Shown piece after piece: positions 25,901 through 39,387 of a stretch of DNA of 64,000 nucleotides. Made by a program: the position numbers and the translations under genes. Below the pieces are notes generated by a model, which worked only from the letters and a program-made list of their open reading frames with translations, searched no databases and was not told where the DNA came from. The first letter of the stretch is position 1. Each line of letters starts with the position of its first letter. Source of the stretch: Tubulanus polymorphus (lineage: Eukaryota; Animalia; Nemertea); NCBI RefSeq assembly GCF_964204645.1, contig NC_134031.1, forward strand, positions 17,861,810 through 17,925,809. The letters are read 5' to 3'.

Positions 25901-27553
25901 TTCTTTAAGAACATCTGAAACTGAGGGATGGATCTCGCTAGTAGCCTATGACATGGCTTTGACGTACCTGAAAAATACCTTTTCCTCTTTTTATTTTCAA
26001 ATTACGATTGGTAAATATCGGTTCTTAACTAATGATCATTATTACAGGTGATAGTTCCTGTAAAGCAGTCCGTTGCTTGGGTAAAATTATGAATTTGCAT
26101 GATGTTTTAGTTTCACAGTCAACTCTGCTTTATTCGGAGCTTATTTTACTCAAACAGGATGGCGCCACATTACCTGGAAATCAGGGAAAAGTCGGGGAAA
26201 TTTTGAGTTCGTAAGATCATGCTTGAAATCAGTTTCCGTCTATGTCTTATGTATTTGACTGTTTCAATTGATGAATTCTTAGTAGATCAAGTCAGGGAAA
26301 CAATGTCCATGTCAGAGAATAGTCCCGGATAAAACCAAGTCAAATAAGTTGAAACCATAAATAAATGTTTGATTTCACTCATACAGATGACTCATATTTC
26401 GTTTTGTCTGCAATGAATTTTAGGTACATTTTCTTCAGTAACATAGTTGTATATACCGTGTACATGACTTGTATTTCATCCATATAGAAATTGCCGGGTC
26501 CACAAAGATACGAATTAAGCAGAGTTGACTGTATTTGTTTAACGTTATGCTTTGCTTGCGAATTTGGTTACATTTTGCAGTAAAGGTTTTAATAGGCTTG
26601 TATTCTGTTTGACCCGAGTCCTACTGATTCAATAACCCGATCTCATATTCTTCTGTTTGTGTTTAAGATTGAACTGGATACGTCGATGACCGAGACGAAC
26701 AGACCGGATAATTACTGGGATTCGAGTTATAAACGATGTCAGACGCTCATCATTAATGTCAGTAGCCTCACGGATCATGTAGCCATCATACAACAACTCA
26801 TTCATACTTTCTTAACCTGTAAGTCTGATAATACTTTCTTAACATAAACAGATCATCTCTTTTGTGGGATCGCATCCTCCCCTGGCAGGGATTCGTACCT
26901 TATGACCACTGTACAAAACCCTGCCATACTAGCCCGAGTTCGCAGCTACATGCATAGTTTAGATTATGTCATTATCAGCCAATCAGAAAATCCAGTTTTA
27001 TTTTGGCCCGGGGTTTTCCATTTATAGTTTATGAAATTTTGTCTCGGCGATTAAACAACGGGTAGTCTCGTGTCTGATCGGATTCTTAGCAGATCAAGTC
27101 TGGGAAAGCGATGCACATGTCGGGGGGGAAAAAGCAAATCAAATGAAAGTAGCCTCCCTGAAATTTTATTGTGAGCTTTGATATTTTTTTTCAGCTGAAG
27201 AGAAAGACGCGCGCCGTCTGTTACGCAGCGTCGAATCGGTAAAAACAGCGACGGAAAAACTCCAAGCGACGTCGAACGTCGATTTACGAACGGACGACGA
27301 TGCGGAGTCGTCTGCTGCCAATACGACGGATACGTCGATTCTATCGGACGCTCAGAACGAACTCTTAGATATGGTCGCTAACGACGTGCGCAGTTCCGGC
27401 GACAGTCTCGGCGCGTTTTTGACGAACTTGATCGAAACGAACGCTCGATTTACGAGTCCGAGTAAACTACGTCAACCGAACTCGACGATGAAATCTTCGA
27501 ATAATCCTTGTTCGAGCAATCAGAGGCGTAAAAAAACCGTTCGTCCTCATTAA
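16988..27553 (+). CDS. KIF14: Kinesin-3 family motor KIF14-like (N-terminal extension, motor, FHA, coiled coils), >20 exons
   Basis: Motor exons 16988-18127 ([17 protein letters not shown]), 18222-18305 (LRVREHP), 18709-18816 (NDKSSRSH), 18938-19054 (LIDLAGSER), 19451-19575 ([19 protein letters not shown]), 19985-20157 ([17 protein letters not shown]). FHA region [12 protein letters not shown]-like/RFNHP, then IREANKIS. Long disordered N-terminal extension and C-terminus fit KIF14. Stop at 27553. Confidence 0.88.
18384..18476. mobile_element. Short palindromic MITE (PIF/Harbinger-like GGGCCC ends)
   Basis: GGACCCAGTTCCACAGT ... ACTGTGGAACTGGGCCC; a related end occurs at ~60408. Confidence 0.65.
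19771..19901. repeat. Tandem duplication, two ~64-bp copies, in a KIF14 intron
   Basis: GAGTACACAA.TTCAGATATATCTGACATA.ATAT..TAGAATTGCATGCATTAAAAATGAA occurs twice. Confidence 0.8.
21508..21773. mobile_element. Family B MITE, full length
   Basis: CAGGGTGGCCAC ... TTGGCCACCCTG; flanks GTATA/ATATA. Confidence 0.8.
23835..23945. mobile_element. Palindromic MITE nested in a family B fragment
   Basis: GGGGCCTGGTTTTATAATCTGGTATTACCTT ... AAGGTAATACTAGTCTATAAAACCGGCCCC; inserted after a family B-like 5' end at ~23783. Confidence 0.65.
25174..25421. mobile_element. Family B-related MITE (partial relatives at ~26155-26350 and ~27070-27160)
   Basis: CAGGGTGGCCAC ... GTGGCCACCCTT; flanks TTGAA/TTGAA. 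Confidence 0.75.
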
Positions 27554-29181
27554 TCGTTCGAACTCAACACGACAAGTTTCAAAGAATTTATTTACTGGCT
27601 GCATAGTTATCGACGTTACAATTCATGCTGACTGATTGATACCTGATAGTGCTGGAGACGATTTTGAAATCTTAGTGTGTTGAATAATGGGCATGTTGTT
27701 ATAGTGCGTCTTCACCGTGGCGTTAATGTATCTTTGTTACTGTATTTTTTACTTTGTTTGACAGGTGCCGCCATCTTTCAACAGAGATAAAAGTTAATTC
27801 CTAATAGAATCGATACACCGCGATGCGGTGTACTAGTAAAGTCCATCACTGATTTATACACCGCAGTGTGGTGTAGACGCACTGAAAGGGTTACGAAGTA
27901 CAATAATACAATTTATCGGATGGCTAGATGAATGTCTAGATAATTGTGAGGAAAATCCTAACAATGTGAGAATTTCTCCAGCTTCACTCAAATTTTCTAA
28001 TACCTCAGCGTATTGTGATAATGGCAACTCCGTTGTATGTCTTTTTTGAAGATTAATAAAAACTACAATCAAACTCACTTAAGTCGTCCTTGTTGGGACT
28101 ACGTTATCTTGACATTTTATCGAGAAAAAAAAGACCTACACTTGTAAATTGATTAAATAATACATTGTACAAATTGGGACTCAAAAATACAGACGACTTG
28201 AGTTATGTAATGTGATGCCTTATACAATAACTTAAGTTGTGTTTGACTCATGATGATTCAAAAATGCTACTATCTGCCAAAAATAAGCAATTAACGGATA
28301 ATAATTTTTATTATTCTCAACTTGTAATTATTATATGCATGTATTGTAATGTAATTTTTGTTTATACGCGAAATGTGGATAAATATTTATATTCTTTGTA
28401 TCGTAAACATCGCATCTATTTATTGTTTACTGGTTCTTGAAGGTTTGGAATTCGATCAGTTTGCTGTGTACATGTATCAGGATCTGAGAATCGCTGGGTT
28501 TATGGCAGTTGACGACTAGCATCTGGATCGCTTCACTGTTCCTCCTCGGGAAATCGGTGGATTCCAAACTCTGGAATTGCTGAATCGTGTACCTCGGAAA
28601 TCTGTAGATAGTATGGCTATAATACCATTGGATACTAAGTCTGTCTGTTCCCACATATGGTTTGTAACAAACTACTGCGTTAGAAGAATATTGAGTTATA
28701 TTATTTAATTGTATGAAAACCTAATCTAATTCAATTTCAAAAATCTACAGTAGCGAGTTTGGGTAAAAACCATAGAAGCAAAAATTCCTAAAGACTAGAT
28801 TTTATGAATTTCTGATTGAAGCGATAACAATGAAAACCTTTTTTCTAATGAGGAATTACAGTTTATTAACACGAAACTTTAAGGTGACTTTTAGGTTTCG
28901 AAATTTTTCTATTCAAAATAATTACATATCTTATTGTAATGAAGAATTTTCTATCTACATACATGTATATACGGTGGCTGGTAAGGGCTACGTGCATTAT
29001 CTTTAATACAAACTCGATTATAGAAAAAAGCAAAAACGAAACTTTACAAGCAAAAAACTTTGAACTGGCAGAAACCACGTGAAATAGAAGAAGAAAATGA
29101 AGCTGTTTCATCCATGCAGCAAGTGTCACAGAAAACGGAAGAAAAAATCAGTCACGTTTTAGACTAACATCGCCTGCGTTG

Positions 29182-32100
29182 TTAGAATTTAGATATGTTT
29201 GTTCTTTGGTGCTGATCAACCGCGGCGGCTTTCTTCTTTCTTTTTCGACTGACTATCAGCGCCGAAAATGTGAACAAGATCGGATTTAAAGCCGAGTTTA
29301 TCGGCAAAACGATTATAGCCATAAAAGCCGCTACATCGGGTAATACATAAACGCCGCTCATCGATACGAATTTCGTCAAAATGATCGGAACCCAACAAAA
29401 GAAATCGGTGCCTAAAATCAGCACGAGTTTCTTAACGAGAGTCATTTCGTTCGATTTCGACGCTGCGTCGCACGAATTCCCGACCGATTTCGACGATTTT
29501 TTGTATATGCAGTAAATGATGGCGTACGACGTTCCTATGAACAGAAACGAAAGCAGATTGAAAATCAACAATAGCAGAGAGAATTCCATGGCTACCTCGG
29601 CGCCGTGGGTGATCGTGAACGGCAGGCAAACGCTGTTGCGACCGTAGTAATTGCGGAAATAGCCGATGTAATCATCGAAAACAGGCAGAACCGCCAGTAA
29701 AAACCAGAATATCCAACCGAAGATGACCGCGAGTATAGAGCCTTTGTAAGAGATATGGAGGTTTTTGTGAAATGGAAAAGCTATGCACAGAACTCGATCC
29801 ACGGTCAACAGCACCATGGTGTATACAGACATCTGACTGGACAGTAATGACACCGCCCCTGTTAGCTTACAAACCAAACTCGATCTCCATCCCACCGACT
29901 CGTTTATGTAGTCCCCGCGTGTTAGGGTGTCTTTGACGGCGATGACCATCAGATAAACACCCATTAATATGTCAGAAATGGCCAGTATCAAAACTAGAAG
30001 ATTAGTGATGCTAGTATTTCTTCTTTTGCTATCGTCTCTACACCTGCAGACGATAACGAGGGCGTTTCCGACTAGAGCGCTGATACCTAGAACCCAAACG
30101 GCGACCTGTAAAAATCTCGAATCGAGAAGATTTTTACAGGACGAAAATCCGTCGCCTTGTTGAGTACACCAATCCGAATTATCGATCGCAAAGCAGCAGA
30201 TATTGAAATAATCAGCGTAAAGCTCATCGAGAGAAACGTCCTTGAACGCCCCTTTACTGATTAAGAACTTGGGACCTGATTTCAGCCGCAGGTCAAGAAT
30301 TTTTAAATTCGACAACCTTTCGAACGGACGTTTTGGTTGAATTTGCTGGAGACGTTTGTTGTCGCTGATATTGAGGTATATTAAACTAGTCAGGTCGTAG
30401 AACGCTCTATGCTGAATGTCAGATATCTGATTATCCGATAGATGAAGGTATCTTAATCGCCGTAGTCCTGCAAAGTAATGAGAACGCACGTATCGTAACA
30501 CATTTCTACTTAAATCCAAATCGAAAAGGTTAATCAACTCTACAAATGAACCCTCGGGAATATCGCTGATACTGTTGATACTTAGATCTAGCCTGCCTAA
30601 TTTATCCATTTTACTAAACGTATTTATTTTTATTGTGGTGATGTTGTTCTTTTTAAGAATGAGACCTCGGGCGCGTCTGGTTACGTTGGTTAAGATAATG
30701 TGGTCGGCTCCGGTGCAGTCGACAATGTGCCCTCGGCAAAAACACGGAGGCGTACAATGATCACAGTACTGTTCGTCATCGCCCGAACGACCGCAGTCGC
30801 GTACACCATCGCATACACGCTCTTGAGTGACACATACTCCCTCGTGAGGACACATGAACAGCCCTGGACACAGCGGCAGCGGTTCGCAGTCGAGCTCATC
30901 CTCCCCGTCCATACAGTCCCACTTACCATCGCAGACGACATAATAAGGAATACAAAACGAGTTCGGACATTTGAACAAACCCGGACAAGTGAATTCTTTA
31001 CAGTTTTTCAAATGGAACAGTTTCGGGCAGCCAGGGTCTCTTTTGTCATATATACATATTCGATCCCGTGGTATACAATTCGACCGGTCCGGCTGGCATC
31101 TGACTTCGTTTGCATTCGGACAAAAAGTGGCGTTGTTCCACGTTTCGTCGTCTCCATAAATCGGGCAATCGAAAAGTCCGTCGCTGACTTTTTCGGAGGC
31201 GATGCACCGGCCCGATTGACATCGGAATCCGGGGCAATTCTCCGCGCAGGCGTTATCGCTTTCGTCGCTGCGATCGATACAATCGAAAACAGAATCGCAA
31301 ACTCGATCTAACGCTATGCAATCACGATTTTTGCATTTCCATTCGTTTTTTGAGTCGCAATCGCGAAACGTACAGCTCTGGTCACCGTAGCCGCAATATC
31401 GATTCAATGAGGCGACGCGAACCTTGTTTTCGTCGATGAATGAATATTTTTTCCATTTTTCGCAGTCGATCTCGTCTGATCCGTCGCGACAATTGCGTTC
31501 ACCGTCGCACACGTAAGAATCAGGAATGCACGTTCTATCCCTGCACGTAAACTGATTCATTCCGCATTTTGAACTCTTATACATCACGTCAGTGCGACAC
31601 AAGACGTGATAAGCTGGTAACGTCTTAGAAAGCCAGCGGAATCTCGTCGATTTTGTAGGATTATCGACATGTAACACCAGTCTATCTTCAAAGTTTCGTC
31701 GATGTGTAGGTATAGTCACCAAATCAAACCTAAAATTATCAGTGTATGATATCAATTTCCATTTGTCGCCTGGTGGTAGATAGAGCCATAAGTTCATCAG
31801 TGAGGTTACGCTATCTGGCCATTTTCCTAGGAATGCTATTCTACCACCGATTGCTCTGCATTTTGATGACAATTGCGCGGAACTCAAATATGATCGACTC
31901 GTAACAAGTCTCGCGCATGTTCCATTACGAGGTATGGTTTTATTGATATCGGTGCCTGGTGGAATACAATCAGTGTCCGGACGAACGAACGTCCATCCCG
32001 GTCTACAACCAGTGAAGTTACCCTCGAGACGTTTAAGCGGGCGCGGTTTTGAATAACTGTAAGAAGCGCTAGTTTTGCAGACGTAGCTGACATTCTTCAT

Positions 32101-35100
32101 CCAGTCAGAGCACGGTACTTTGAACCAGTTCGTCCGCGAATACAGTCTCGAAACGGCCATTGCGACGCATCTAGCGCTGTAGGAACCATCGGGCTGGTCG
32201 ACGGTCGAGTTGATAAAGTCTGGCTTATTTTCACCGAAGCTGACATGGTTCACCGATGGCTTGGCCTCGTACCATTCGTTAAAAACGTAAGGGCGACCGT
32301 CCAACCATTGGAAATCATTGATCTATGTAAATGGAAATTTGATTAAATTGATAAAAGTATCAGCATAGTCTGGGCTAGAAATGTTGATAGCAACATTAGG
32401 GCTTATTTTCATTACACTAGTCCATCGCACACGACCTGGAAAACAGGGTAAATATACTAACACAGAAACAAGGAGACAATGTTTAATCTCAGAAACTACA
32501 GCCGCGATCACACTAGATGATTATGCCGGGCCAAACTGGCACGGATCGGGCCGGCGTCATATTTGGCCCGTGCCTATATTCAAAGAGTGTGCACACTCAT
32601 AAACCACTCACTCGATACTAAATAATGCTTTAATAAAGCAAAAGTGAGTCACTTATGGAACCAGATGTAATTCACGCGCAATAGTTTGACATGTGATGAA
32701 ATACGGCTCGGGCCAGGTCCGACTCCGACGTTTCGGGTCGGGGTAAACGAGCACCGGTCCATTTGGCACCCGTGTGAACAAAAATACTCGCATGATAGTG
32801 GCTTATGTTTCTCGTAAAAAGTTCAGTAAAGGGCAACGCTCGGAAACATGATTCTGTTTCCTGTTTCCGTGTGTCCCTGCGTCGATCTTGGACACTGGGT
32901 TTAATTCTGCAAGGTTTCTTTTATCTCCATCGTGTAAGATTTCTAATTTTTGAAATTCTTATTCATGTTGTTACCTGATATTTATCGTGTAATCCTATAA
33001 ACACGATAGGACTTCGTTTAGTGAAACCGTATTCAGGTCTACCGAACGTTTTCCACATTTCTGGCCACCAAAACGAGCGCCACATTTTCATCAAATAATG
33101 CATCTCATTACCGTCCATAATGCTGACTAACGTCGCTTCTGCGTCCTGGCATTTCTGAGCCGCTACATCCCAAGTCATTGACTGATGGAACGTGTTCATG
33201 GCCGACTAAAAAATAATTTCACGAATCCGATTGTTAAGCTAAAATGTTAGCCAATGACTCATCGAAATCAGTTTATACCAACGAATGCAATGATGTACTT
33301 GTAGATCATCTGCAAGTTTAGCAGACGTACATGTTGAAATAATAATGGGATGGCATGAGCCCCAGGATTTTTATTTTTTGGGAATTTGTTTCTAGGAATA
33401 GAGTCAAACCCCAGAACATTTTTGAAAATTTCGTGCAAGCAGGCGCGTTCTGGTGCAATCTGAGGCCGATAGGTAGACTGGTTACCGTTTACTTTGCATG
33501 TATCGATTTTATTTTGCTAATTTAGCAAATGCAAACCATGAACCGACGTTCGTCGACGTTTGAAAATTCAAGAAATGGGGTTCGAACAAACTACCGAACC
33601 CCCCTAGGGACGCCCTTCATGGGCACATTATTGTCAATTGAGTCAGCTCTCGGGTTATAGCTGGTCGTAAAAACTGATCCAGCTATCTTCCTATAGCACT
33701 GTTGAATTTCCTGGCTTTTTATTGATCTGCTATATTCAATTTAGGAGCGAACTTACCACATATAGATAACACGAACTTCTCCAGTAGAAAAACCCCGATG
33801 GACATACTGTCGAATTGGCGACTTGCGTCAATGGTTTTCTTTCGTTTGTGATTATTTTGTATTTGAATTGCAGACCGGTATTATTGGATTCGATTTGAAA
33901 TCCGGCTCGAGTCGTTCGAATAACGAGTTCTTGTTGCTCTTGGTATCGTCGTACGTAATCGTTGTTTATGACCTTGGAAAGCGGAAACGATTCGCTAATC
34001 CAGCACAGGTGATCGGTAAATACCGTTTGATTCCAATCGAAGTCCCATGAAACAGCTATTTCGTAAAAGTCCATCGTTGCGGGGACTTCCGAACACCGCG
34101 ATAGCGGTCGGTATTCTATTCTATACCAGATAGCTGAAGATGCAAACCAACCGGGTCGGAAATACTGTATGCTTGTGTGTTCATGAATATCGTTCGGGAG
34201 TCCGCATTCAGATGATTGTAAATTGATTGTATGATTCGTCTGGACCAGATCGTCACACTTTTTGAGGTCGACAATTAATGCTGGGCGATCGTGGGATTCT
34301 TTGCAATAAATGCGCCTTAATTCCAAAAGATACTGACTACCGTACAACAATTTATCCAACTCCTTGATTACGAGTCTATACGCACAACGGGGATTTTTAC
34401 GTAGTATTTGCGTGAAATATATCTGTTCTATGTCACCGACATTTATGGTAGTATTTCCTGGTTCAAGGATGAGCAGAGATCTGTTACCAAAAGGTAACAG
34501 AATCGTCTTCGTATTCGAGTACGTTGGTCTTATAACCCAACCTCTAAATGCCGATACGTTAACGCGGTCGATTAGTTCACTTGCGTTCGGTTTATTTTTC
34601 TCGTCCAGGTAGAACCAGATCATGTTTACACAATCTGACGTTACGGAAACATTCGGGGAGTTTCTCATCCCGATTTGGCCGAAAAACCGATAGAGATAAT
34701 CCGATTTGAAATAGCACGGCTCCAAGACGAATCCGTCGTTTTGGAAATTTCTATCCGCGTGTTCGTATGATAGTTTGAGAAGATTTCCCTCTTTACGGGG
34801 TGAATATTTCATCATTGTGTAAAATGGCGTGGATTCTATTGTCAGGTGATAAACCGATGAAAGCTGAAAGTGCGCATCACCGCTGATTTCTGAACACATA
34901 TAAGATAAAGAGAATTGTCCGTATTTTGTTGAGTTGTCAGGCGTCAAGGTTAGCGTTATTAAATGGTAAAATCGATCGGATTTCGTTGTTATATTAGTGG
35001 TCGATACCGAAACAACTCGCCCGATCGGACACAATATCAAAAATGCGTAAGTGACGAAGCCAAACGGGAGTCGAGAATTCTCCAATGAATATGTATTTTT

Positions 35101-35973
35101 GACGTAGGTCTTTGATTCCGTCAAAGTCTGGAAATTGTAGTACATCGTTTTCGAGCTATTTCGCGCGCTTATTTCGAAGCTACAGTTAAAACCCGGTCGG
35201 GAAAAGCTCTCGTCCGTCGCGAAAAGCAACGTCATATCGACATCCCGAGCTGACTGCTTTAAATATCCGCTCAATCGGCCACAGAATTTACCGTGTTCTT
35301 TCTTGCCCGTGTATACGGTCAAAGAATCGGCGGCACAGCCTTCCGACTGTTCCAGATCAAAGTCAAGACAGTAAAATACGATATCGAAAGTCGTAAGTCG
35401 ACTGCCAATTGTATATTTGGCGCTGATTAAAGTCGGATAGGTGTAATAAGCGTAAAACGGTGTATTTACGAAAACGAACGTTTCACGGATCATATATTCC
35501 GATAATTCATAATCCCGCAAAGAAAACGAACATTTGTAACGATTAGCGAATAGAACAACCGTTCCTGGCGCTTCTTTGTCTCTCGGTAAACTCAAACCGA
35601 ACTCTTCGTCGTAGCCTTTTTCTAAGCAAAATCGTTTTCTCTTCCCGTCCAATTCGACTAATATTTTCGTGGGTCGAGTAACTCTAACGCGTCCGTTATT
35701 AGTGGTTATATCGACGATTTCGAGTGTATAATTACAGTTTATACACCCGTCACTGCTCAGGTAAGTCAGTTCTAGGTTTGTTTCGCCGTAGCGCACGGTG
35801 TAAACGACATGTTTCTTGGAGTTATTACTCCAAGGTCGATCCAAGCGAAGAATTCCGTTCTCAGTGGGTTCAACGTGCACAAAGTTCACCGACGTCGAGT
35901 TCGCACTTAAAGTTCGTATCATCCTCACCATCGTCATCATTATCATTAAGATTTGCACGAATGACAAATACAT
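29182..35973 (-). CDS. GRL101-like LDLa/LRR-containing GPCR with extra N-terminal CUB and C-type lectin domains, ~1860 aa, 3 exons
   Basis: Exons 35973-33757, 33205-32975 and 32322-29182, all phase 0. The CTL domain is continuous across both introns (CPSGFFYWRSSCY|..TWDVAAQKC..FIGLHD..|..FQWLDGRP..FNEW). Signal peptide, CUB (FDLEQSEGCAADSL..KFCG..FATDES...GF), ~6 LDLa repeats, LRRs, hinge CC..C..FSSCKNLL, then 7TM (GNALVI, LAISDILMG, DRVLCIAFP, TDFFCWVP, PINSALNP). Confidence 0.9.
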
Positions 35974-37548
35974 ATTTTTTTTAAAATTTATCCGTATTAC
36001 CAGAAAATATAAGTTCATCCATAGAAGAAAGCTCTTTTAGATATATTACTTCGCGATTTTTGACGATTTGTCTTGAGGACTTAACAAAGACTTGTTGAAA
36101 AACGAATCCCTTTATGGTAACAATGCCAGCGGTGAAAATGCCAAGTGGATATAAGCAGAGAACTTGATAATTCACTAACATTGGACATGATATTTCTAAT
36201 TACATGATATTACTATTTCTATCTACACTAAATGATTTACAGGCATTGCTTATCCTTTATGATGATGGATATTGTGTCCGATTACAGTTAATAAATGAGA
36301 CAATTTCGAATAATGTAAAATCTATAATCAAATTGATAGTGTTTGACGCGCTTGTCTGTTGTAATCAATCGAATCAAACGTTTTGTTGAAGTTCTTTTTT
36401 ATTGTTACGAAAAATATCAATTTACTAGATTTTACATATATAGAAAGACCATCAGCTTGCTACCGTTAATTAGATTAAATCAAAACAATTTTAGTTCTGC
36501 TATAAATATATATGGTACCTATATTTTCCGATATACTGATACCAATCTATCATCAATTCTCTGCATGTCTCCTACTGTTATTTTTGCCTCTGGTATTTCT
36601 TACCTTCCGTTATTGTTATCGCGTAGTTCGAAAAAACCAAAAAACCAGCCCTCGATACAACCTGATCGTATTCGATTTAATTGATGATATGAAATAAATT
36701 GTTATTGAATCATCGATATTCGGCAAAACAAAACACAAAAACCCGCGAAGATTGACACCTGTTTTATGCGTCGGACAGCAGCGAAACTTATGTGTCCAGA
36801 ACAAAATACATCCGCTGATCTACTGAGACTTTACTGAAAACGAATTCATCTATAATAGATATTTGTTTAAGAGAACGATCTGTTAATTGAAAAATATCAA
36901 CAACGTTTTATGTGTGCATATATCGGAAGATAAAAGCTGCGAGCGTTATTTACTTTTAAATGCGATGTGAAAAAAGACGTACGTTTCATTTCGATGGTGC
37001 GCGGTCTGCGCGGTTCGTGTCCTCCGAGGCATGTAGCCAGAAATCGGTATCGCCTTCAGAATAATGACTTCTGAAAGAGGCCATTAAAACTAGATGGAAA
37101 TCAAACATAAACTATAAGCTAAACATAATTTCGACAAACGCTGAATAGAAATTTACGAAGCGAAAAACTACGTAAATCGAAATTTGAAATTTACATTTAT
37201 ATTTGAAATTAATATTTGCATCCGTAGATGATGTTGAATTCATCGGGAATTGAGGTGCATCGAAACCTCGTTTATTCAGTTGGATTTTGAAATTCGGTCG
37301 CATTTATTTCGGAAGAGACCAACAAATATGACACAAACTCTGCTGGTGTGCGGACATCTAACTACGAACTTACTCGTGGAATATTGTTTGAATGAACCGA
37401 AAACTTCCAATTATGTACTTTGATACAAACAATTCTCTAAATTCCGCCGATAACTCAACGATATCTGTACTACGATTACCGAACACCCTGCTTCGTTCTC
37501 GGCGGGTGTGGCCGATAGTAAGGGATTCTAAGGGGTGTAACTAAAACT

Positions 37549-37636
37549 ATGCACTACTAAAACGAAGACCGAAGACCTATGCACTTTGCGAGACTAAAAC
37601 TATGCATGACTAAAACAAAGACCGAAGACCTATGAT
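37549..37636. repeat. Short compound direct repeat
   Basis: Two copies of ACTAAAACTATGCA..ACTAAAAC.AAGACCGAAGACCTATG. Confidence 0.6.
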
Positions 37637-38477
37637 GCACTTTTTTTCTGATTGCATCTGTTTCATTTTTCTCTGCTGCAACAATTGGAAACGGAGACGC
37701 CTAGAAAAATTTGATAATTTCGTATCATCGGCTGTTACTATTTCATGATTTGAGATACAATTTAGAACTTTTGACAGAGCATTTTGGTAATATTGCAACC
37801 GTAAAGATATCTGAAAGCGAGTTCATCAGTGCGCACGAGTGCAGGAGATCGAAACAACAAATTCGATAATTCATTATTGTATATGATAGTTCATAGTTTA
37901 TTATTACACATCACACCAACAAGTCAACATTAGTTTGTACGTGAATCCCATATTGCTGTTGTGCCAATGTTAAATCATTCGCCATAATCATTATTCATTA
38001 CGTTTCCCATCAACGATTTTCTCAGAAAAAAAAACATGATCGAATAACTATACGCGGAAGCTACCACGTTTAAAAATAACACATTTTAAACGACACATTC
38101 GAAAATAAAAGATGGCGAATGAACATATCACGGGATTTAACAAAAAGAAATCACTAAAAAATGATAATATCGCTCAAAAATTGTGGCAATATCGGATTCA
38201 GAAGATCATACTGGATTTTTTTGAAAAATATATCAAGATTTTCCTATGACAATTTTCACAATTCGCACATACCCATCAAACAATTCAAATACCGGTTGGT
38301 TCCACTTGTACAAACTCTCATTACAAAAACTCTTCGAAACCTTCGATCGTTATCGTTATCTGATGACTGACTGTTCGAGAACTGATATTTGGTAGTGACC
38401 CCGGTCTGATTATAAACGAATCCCCCACATACTCAGCTGATCTACCTGGGCACTTTGATCCAGAATCTACCATTCAT

Positions 38478-39387
38478 CCTGAGCTGGGCAAAACCCAGGA
38501 TCCATATTCATACACTGGTTCCTGAGCTGGGCAGTGCCAGGATCTATATTCACACACTGGTTCCTGAGCTGGGCAGTGCCCAGGACCCATATTCACACAC
38601 TTAGATACTGCGCTGGGCAGTGCCCAGGACCCATATTCATACACTGGTTCCTGAGCTGGTCAGTGCCCAGGACCCATATTCACACACTTAGATCCTGAGC
38701 TGGGCAGTGCCCAGGACCCATATTCACACACTTAGATCCTGAGCTGGGCAGTGCCCAGGACCCATATTCACACACTGGTTCCTGAGCTGGGCAGTGCCCA
38801 GGACCCATATTCACATACTGGTTCCTGAGCTGGGCAGTGCCCAGGACCCATATTCATACACTGGTTCCTGAGCTGGTCAGTGCCCAGGACCCATATTCAC
38901 ACACTTAGATCCTGTGCTGGGCAGTGCCCAGGACCCATATTCGTACACTGGCTCCTGAGCTGGGCAGGACCCATATTCACACACTTAGATCTTGCGCTGG
39001 GCAGTGCCCAGGATCTATATTCATACACTGGTTCCTGAGCTGGGCAGGACCCATATTCACACACTTAGATCTTGCGCTGGTCAGTGCCCAGGATCCATAT
39101 TCATACACTGGCTCCTGAGCTGGGCAGTGCCCAGGATCTATATTCATACACTGGCTCCTGAGCTGGGCAGTGCCCAGGATCCATATTCATACACTGGTTC
39201 CTGAGCTGGGCAGTGCCCAGGATCCATATTCATACACTTAGATCCTGCGCTGGGCAGTGCCCAGGATCCATATTCATACACTGGTTCCTGAGCTGGGCAG
39301 TGCCCAGGATCCATATTCATACACTGGTTCCTGAGCTGGGCAGTGCCCAGGATCTATATTCATACACTGGTTCCTGAGCTGGGCAGC
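38478..39387. repeat. GC-rich 43-bp minisatellite, ~21 units, each with an internal palindrome
   Basis: Unit CCTGAGCTGGGCAGTGCCCAGGA(C/T)CCATATTCA(C/T)ACACT(GGTT/TAGAT); period 43 (e.g. 38781 to 38824); two units lack 7 bp. Confidence 0.95.

Noticed and set aside
28427-28654. Exon-like minus-strand ORF with an acceptor at ~28602
   Set aside because: No upstream partner exon or homology could be assigned, so it is unsupported.
38478-39387. CRISPR array (palindromic repeats at regular spacing)
   Set aside because: The intervening sequences are near-identical rather than unique spacers, there are no cas genes, and the context is eukaryotic. The ORFs here are repeat artefacts.
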